DNA of 64,000 nt from a candidate division WOR-3 bacterium. GTDB taxonomy: Bacteria; Hydrothermota; Hydrothermia; LBFQ01. The stretch's first letter is position 1. Each line of letters opens with the position of its first letter. The stretch is from the NCBI GenBank assembly GCA_039802605.1, contig JBDRWW010000001.1, forward strand, positions 224,001-288,000, written 5' to 3'. The position numbers were made by a program, and so were the translations under genes. Below the pieces are notes generated by a model that saw nothing but the letters and a program-made list of their open reading frames with translations, did no database searches and had not been told where the DNA came from. Below, in pieces: positions 59,961 to 64,000 of the stretch.

Positions 59961-60693
59961 CGATTTCACAAACCTCGCTTGCAATTTTTCTTAATATTTC
60001 CTTATCCCTTTCATCAAGGTTTGCCTTTTTGAGTAAATCCGGTCTAAAAAGCAATGTTCTCTTTAAGGCCTGTTCCCTCCTCCACAGCGCTATGGCTTTG
60101 TGATTTCCGCTTAAAAGTATATCCGGAACCTTCTTCCCTTCAAAATCATAAGGTCGGGTATAAACGGGACTTTCCAATAGGTTATCGTAAAAAGAATCCG
60201 TTTCAGCCGAACCCTTATGCGTTAATACTCCTTCCAAAAGTCTAACAACGGCATCCAATATCACCAAGGACGCCAATTCCCCCGATGAAACTATAAAATC
60301 CCCAATGGATATTTCAATATCAATGTAATCGTATATCCTGCTATCAATCCCCTTATAGTGTCCTCCAACCAGTATAATTTCTGGCAACTTGGCGATTTCT
60401 TTAATGTCCTCCTGATTTATCCTTTTGCCCGAAGAAGACAGTAAAAATACCGGTGCATTTTTTAACCAATCTTTCGCATCTTCTATCGCCTTTACTATGT
60501 AATTTACCTTTAATACCATTCCCTCACCGCCACCGTATTGATAATCCTCAACATCCTTAGGGCCCTCGGCGTAATCTATTGGAGAATAAAATTTTATTTC
60601 CAAAATACCTTTTTCTATTGCCTTCATTAAAGGTGCATACTTTAAAGGGCTTTTAAAGTATTCCGGAAAAAGACATATTATTCCCACCTTCAC
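59947..60693 (-). CDS. trmD: tRNA (guanine37-N1)-methyltransferase
   Basis: 'YGGGEGMV', 'GHYKGID.R', 'SIGDF..SSGE', 'YTRP', 'LLSGNH'. Confidence 0.96.
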   Translation of the reverse strand: MKVGIICLFPEYFKSPLKYAPLMKAIEKGILEIKFYSPIDYAEGPKDVEDYQYGGGEGMVLKVNYIVKAIEDAKDWLKNAPVFLLSSSGKRINQEDIKEIAKLPEIILVGGHYKGIDSRIYDYIDIEISIGDFIVSSGELASLVILDAVVRLLEGVLTHKGSAETDSFYDNLLESPVYTRPYDFEGKKVPDILLSGNHKAIALWRREQALKRTLLFRPDLLKKANLDERDKEILRKIASEVCEIVKVL

Positions 60694-61776
60694 CCCTTTA
60701 CCTTTTGTTGAACGAGATAAGCCTTTATAAATTCATCCAAATCCCCTTCCAAGACACTTTCGGCGTTTCCGGTTTCGTATCCCGTTCTATGGTCTTTAAC
60801 GAGTTTATAAGGATGTAGAATATAAGACCTTATCTGGTGCCCCCATTCTATTGAGGATTTTGGACCCATAAGTTTTTCAAGTTCCTCTTCTTGCTGTCTC
60901 TTATAATACTCGTAAAGCCTTGCTCTCAAAATTTTTAAAGCATTTTCCTTGTTTTGGTGTTGAGACCTTTCGCTTTGCATTACCACGGTTATACCGGTTG
61001 GTATATGTCTAACCCTAACGGCAGTTTCATTCTTTTGCATATGCTGACCACCTGGACCTCCGGATCTAAAAGTTTCTATTTCTATTTCATCTTCCTTTAT
61101 CTCAACTTCTACCTCGGGCATTTCCGGATATACCGTAACCGCAGCGAAAGATGTATGCCTCCTCTTATTGGCATCAAAGGGTGAAATCCTTACAAGTCTA
61201 TGAACACCCTTTTCCCCCTTTAAATAACCATAAGCGTAAGGACCCTTTATATGTATGGTTGCGGATTTTATCCCAGCAACATCCCCCTTTTGATAATCCA
61301 ATATTTCAACTTTAAAGCCTTTTCTTTCAGCCCATCTGATATACATTTTCAAAAGCATTTCCGCCCAATCTTGGCTTTCGGTTCCACCCGCTCCTGGATG
61401 GATTTCCAAAAAGGCGTTTTGAACATCTTCCTTTTGTGTAAATAGGGTTCTTATCTGAAAATCCAATACATCCCTTTTTAACCTTTTAACCTCTTCTTCC
61501 AATTCCTTCAACATATCCGGATCACTTTCCGCCATTTCATAAACTTCCCTTACATAACCTATCCTATCCACCAAGTCCTTATAATCCTCCAAGAGTTTTT
61601 TCAGAGCCCCCAATTCCTTCATTTTCTCGGATGCCCTACCAGGATCGCTCCAAAATTCCGATCTTCCACTTTCTTCTTCCAAAGTCTTTATCTTCTCTTC
61701 AATTTCTTCTATGTTAAAGATACCCCCTTATGGTTTCAATTTCCTCAATCAATTCCTCAATTTCGGAAAACATCAT
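60690..61776 (-). CDS. prfB: Peptide chain release factor 2 with +1 programmed frameshift
   Basis: 20-codon ORF from ATG 61776 ends AGGGGG-TAT-CTT-TAA-C and continues in +1 frame; SPF and GGQ motifs. Confidence 0.96.
61713..61728 (-). promoter_or_regulatory. prfB frameshift cassette (internal SD + CTT TAA C)
   Basis: AGGGGG TAT CTT TAA C on the - strand. Confidence 0.93.
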
Positions 61777-61802
61777 AAGTGGGAATTATAAAACCGTTTG
61801 AT

Positions 61803-62936
61803 TCACCATTCCCAACGCGTTTGCCTGTTTATATCGAGGGAAGGCACGGAGGAAGGTCTTGAAAACCTCGTCTCCTCTGGGTCGTTTGTCTTTATTAAGA
61901 CATACTCGCCGGTACCCACGGGATCGCCGAATATATAGTCGTATCCCCCTCCGGAATAGTATATCCATCTAATATAAGGTTTATCACTAATGCCCATATC
62001 AACGGATGTTATCTCATCGGGTTTTCCCCTCTTTATATATATCCTACCCATATCGGTATATCTACCCCTTAAAGCGGGCGTTGAAAAGGCGCTATCGGCG
62101 TATTTAACCCTTTTCCTGAACTCCAAGTAATAATCCCATCCCCTTTTTTCCCAGAAATTCTTCAAAAACGCCAATCTACCCTCTAAGGTTATAATCTTCT
62201 CAAATTCCTCCTTCTCTTTTGGTGATGCTATGTAATCTATAAATGAGGCTATATCATCCCCATAAGGCGAAACGAAAAACTCCCGCTCTAAATTGATCTT
62301 TTCTCCAAGAGAAGGGGAGATTACCTCTAAAACCAAACGGTATTTTCCATCTTTTAAATCCTCTATCGGAACCTGGGAATATACCGTTGATGAGGAGTTA
62401 AATGTTTTGGGAGGAAGTCTCAATACGGGCTTATCCCCATCAAATATAGCACCCACAACTATAAAGGGGCTATCGGATACCACCTCCAAGTAATAATTCA
62501 AATTCCTATAAAAAACGCAGGGAAAACATGGCCTTATATATAGGTTTCCCCTTTTGAATAGGGCGGTTGAATCGTTTTCCGATATGTTGTATGCGAGGAT
62601 TAAGGAGGAGGTTTTAATATTTCCAAATCCTTGGATAGAATCCTCCTTTTTAAAATCCATACCCTTACCCTTCAAATTGCCCTCAAACACCAAATTCTCC
62701 CAACCCGCTACGCTTTCATAAAACAAAATTGCATACCTACCCTTTGGCAATTTCTGTTTAACCTTATCCGTAAATTCCTTTTTATCCGAAGACTTAAAGG
62801 ATACGCTTAAATTTACATCACCGCCGAGGACTTTATCGGACATCAAACTATAAACCAAGATTATATTTCTGAGATTATCGTTTATAGGAAACCAAACCTT
62901 ATAAACTTCAACATTTACAGCCGCCACCAAAAGCAT
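61803..62936 (-). CDS. GWxTD domain-containing protein
   Basis: 'YIAS..E', 'FWEKR', 'RVKYAD..F', 'GRYTDMGRIYIKRGKPD'; start placed at ATG 62936 (TAAAAT 7 nt upstream). Confidence 0.85.
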   Translation of the reverse strand: MLLVAAVNVEVYKVWFPINDNLRNIILVYSLMSDKVLGGDVNLSVSFKSSDKKEFTDKVKQKLPKGRYAILFYESVAGWENLVFEGNLKGKGMDFKKEDSIQGFGNIKTSSLILAYNISENDSTALFKRGNLYIRPCFPCVFYRNLNYYLEVVSDSPFIVVGAIFDGDKPVLRLPPKTFNSSSTVYSQVPIEDLKDGKYRLVLEVISPSLGEKINLEREFFVSPYGDDIASFIDYIASPKEKEEFEKIITLEGRLAFLKNFWEKRGWDYYLEFRKRVKYADSAFSTPALRGRYTDMGRIYIKRGKPDEITSVDMGISDKPYIRWIYYSGGGYDYIFGDPVGTGEYVLIKTNDPEETRFSRPSSVPSLDINRQTRWEW

Positions 62937-63001
62937 AATGGATATTTTAAAGGTGAAATGCATATTCCAACTTTCCCCATCATCATTAAAATAGACGGTT
63001 T

Positions 63002-64000
63002 ATGTTGTTTTTGATTTTAAACCACATAACCCTTGAAGGTGAGATAAGGGATAGTTTAAATCAAAAAATCCCTTTTGCGGTTATAAGGGTTAAGGAGTTG
63101 AAAAAGGGAACCTATTCGGACGAAAGGGGTTATTTTTACTTAAAACTCCCGGATGGCAAATGGACAATAGAGGTAAAGGCCATTGGTAAAAAAACATATA
63201 CCTTTGTGGTAGAGGGAAGGGATACCGTAATAAGCAAAACCATAACTTTAAAGGATGAGCCTTTAACAACACCCGAAATAATAATTACGGCTAAGAGGGA
63301 AGAGTTTAAGCAGGGTACGGGTCAAGCCATAAGGTTCAAGGCAGAGGTTATAAGGCAAACCCCTACATTTATTACGGCGGATGTTTTAAGGACAATCCAA
63401 GATTTTCCAGGGGTTCTGGGTTTAGCGGATTTTTCTGGGAAATTTTCCGTTAGAAGTGGTGGTCCAAACGAAAACGCCGTTTTATTGGACAACGCAACCG
63501 TTTTCAATCCCTATCACTTGGGTGGATTCTTTTCTGTATTTGATTCGGATGCCCTTGAAAGCTTCACATTTTACAGGTCAAACTTCCCTCCAAAATTTGG
63601 AGGTGTTATGTCTTCCGTTTTGGATATGAAAACCTTGGAACCGGACAGCATTTACGGGAACCTTTCGGTAAGCCTCCTTGCGACAAAGGTATTTCAAACA
63701 TTTAAAGGCGAAAGGTTTGGAGGCTTGGTATCCCTTAGGAGGTCCTACTTCGACGCAACGCTTAAGCTCTTCGATTACGATTTTCCATATTACTTTTACG
63801 ACGCCTTGGGCAAGGTGTATTACAACTTAAACGATAAATGGACGGTTTCCACCACATTTATGCACGGAAGGGATCACTTCAACTTTACCATTAACAGGGC
63901 TTTTTTGAATACCTTCTGGGGGAACGATTTGGTAGCATTTAATTCTAGGGTTATTTTCGGCAATTGGATAAACTTCACCACTTTCAGCAGTACATACTTT
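63002..64000 (+). CDS. TonB-dependent receptor (partial, runs off the window)
   Basis: Hand translation MLFLILNHITLEGEIRD...GTYSDERGYF...DVLRTIQDFPGV...VRSGGPNENAVLLD...NPYHLGG (CarboxypepD_reg-like + plug). Confidence 0.88.
   Translation, partial: MLFLILNHITLEGEIRDSLNQKIPFAVIRVKELKKGTYSDERGYFYLKLPDGKWTIEVKAIGKKTYTFVVEGRDTVISKTITLKDEPLTTPEIIITAKREEFKQGTGQAIRFKAEVIRQTPTFITADVLRTIQDFPGVLGLADFSGKFSVRSGGPNENAVLLDNATVFNPYHLGGFFSVFDSDALESFTFYRSNFPPKFGGVMSSVLDMKTLEPDSIYGNLSVSLLATKVFQTFKGERFGGLVSLRRSYFDATLKLFDYDFPYYFYDALGKVYYNLNDKWTVSTTFMHGRDHFNFTINRAFLNTFWGNDLVAFNSRVIFGNWINFTTFSSTYF

Overview
Very dense, AT-rich bacterial chromosomal segment. It probably comes from a thermophilic diderm of the FCB/WOR-3 type (inference from T9SS-like C-terminal domains, PorV-like barrels, AGR-dominated Arg codons, FBP aldolase/phosphatase and a ba3 oxidase). 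It holds about 58 CDS and 3 tRNAs (Arg-CCT, Glu-TTC, Arg-TCT, none encoding CCA). Housekeeping genes include rpsL-rpsG, lepB, prfB (+1 frameshift at CTT-TAA), trmD, mfd, purB, dxs, ribD, queD, panD, lysC, cbaDBA, and orphan nuoI and V-ATPase F. Two restriction-modification inserts are present, one frameshifted. No rRNA, CRISPR or transposase was seen. The most unusual signals are five. (1) About 25 genes and all three tRNAs have a TAnAAT -10 box 6-11 nt before the start with no Shine-Dalgarno, often fused to the upstream stop codon. (2) Both RM inserts are bounded by direct repeats of such promoter/start sites (32/33 and 18/20 identical), suggesting insertion targeted to gene starts. (3) Two CDS start with TTG 0-1 nt after a tRNA discriminator base, resembling tRNA punctuation. 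(4) Many envelope proteins have only about 5-8 hydrophobic N-terminal residues, or none, instead of a signal peptide. (5) Two T9SS-like cargo proteins share a CxxLGxDDxxxVxE motif just before the sorting domain.
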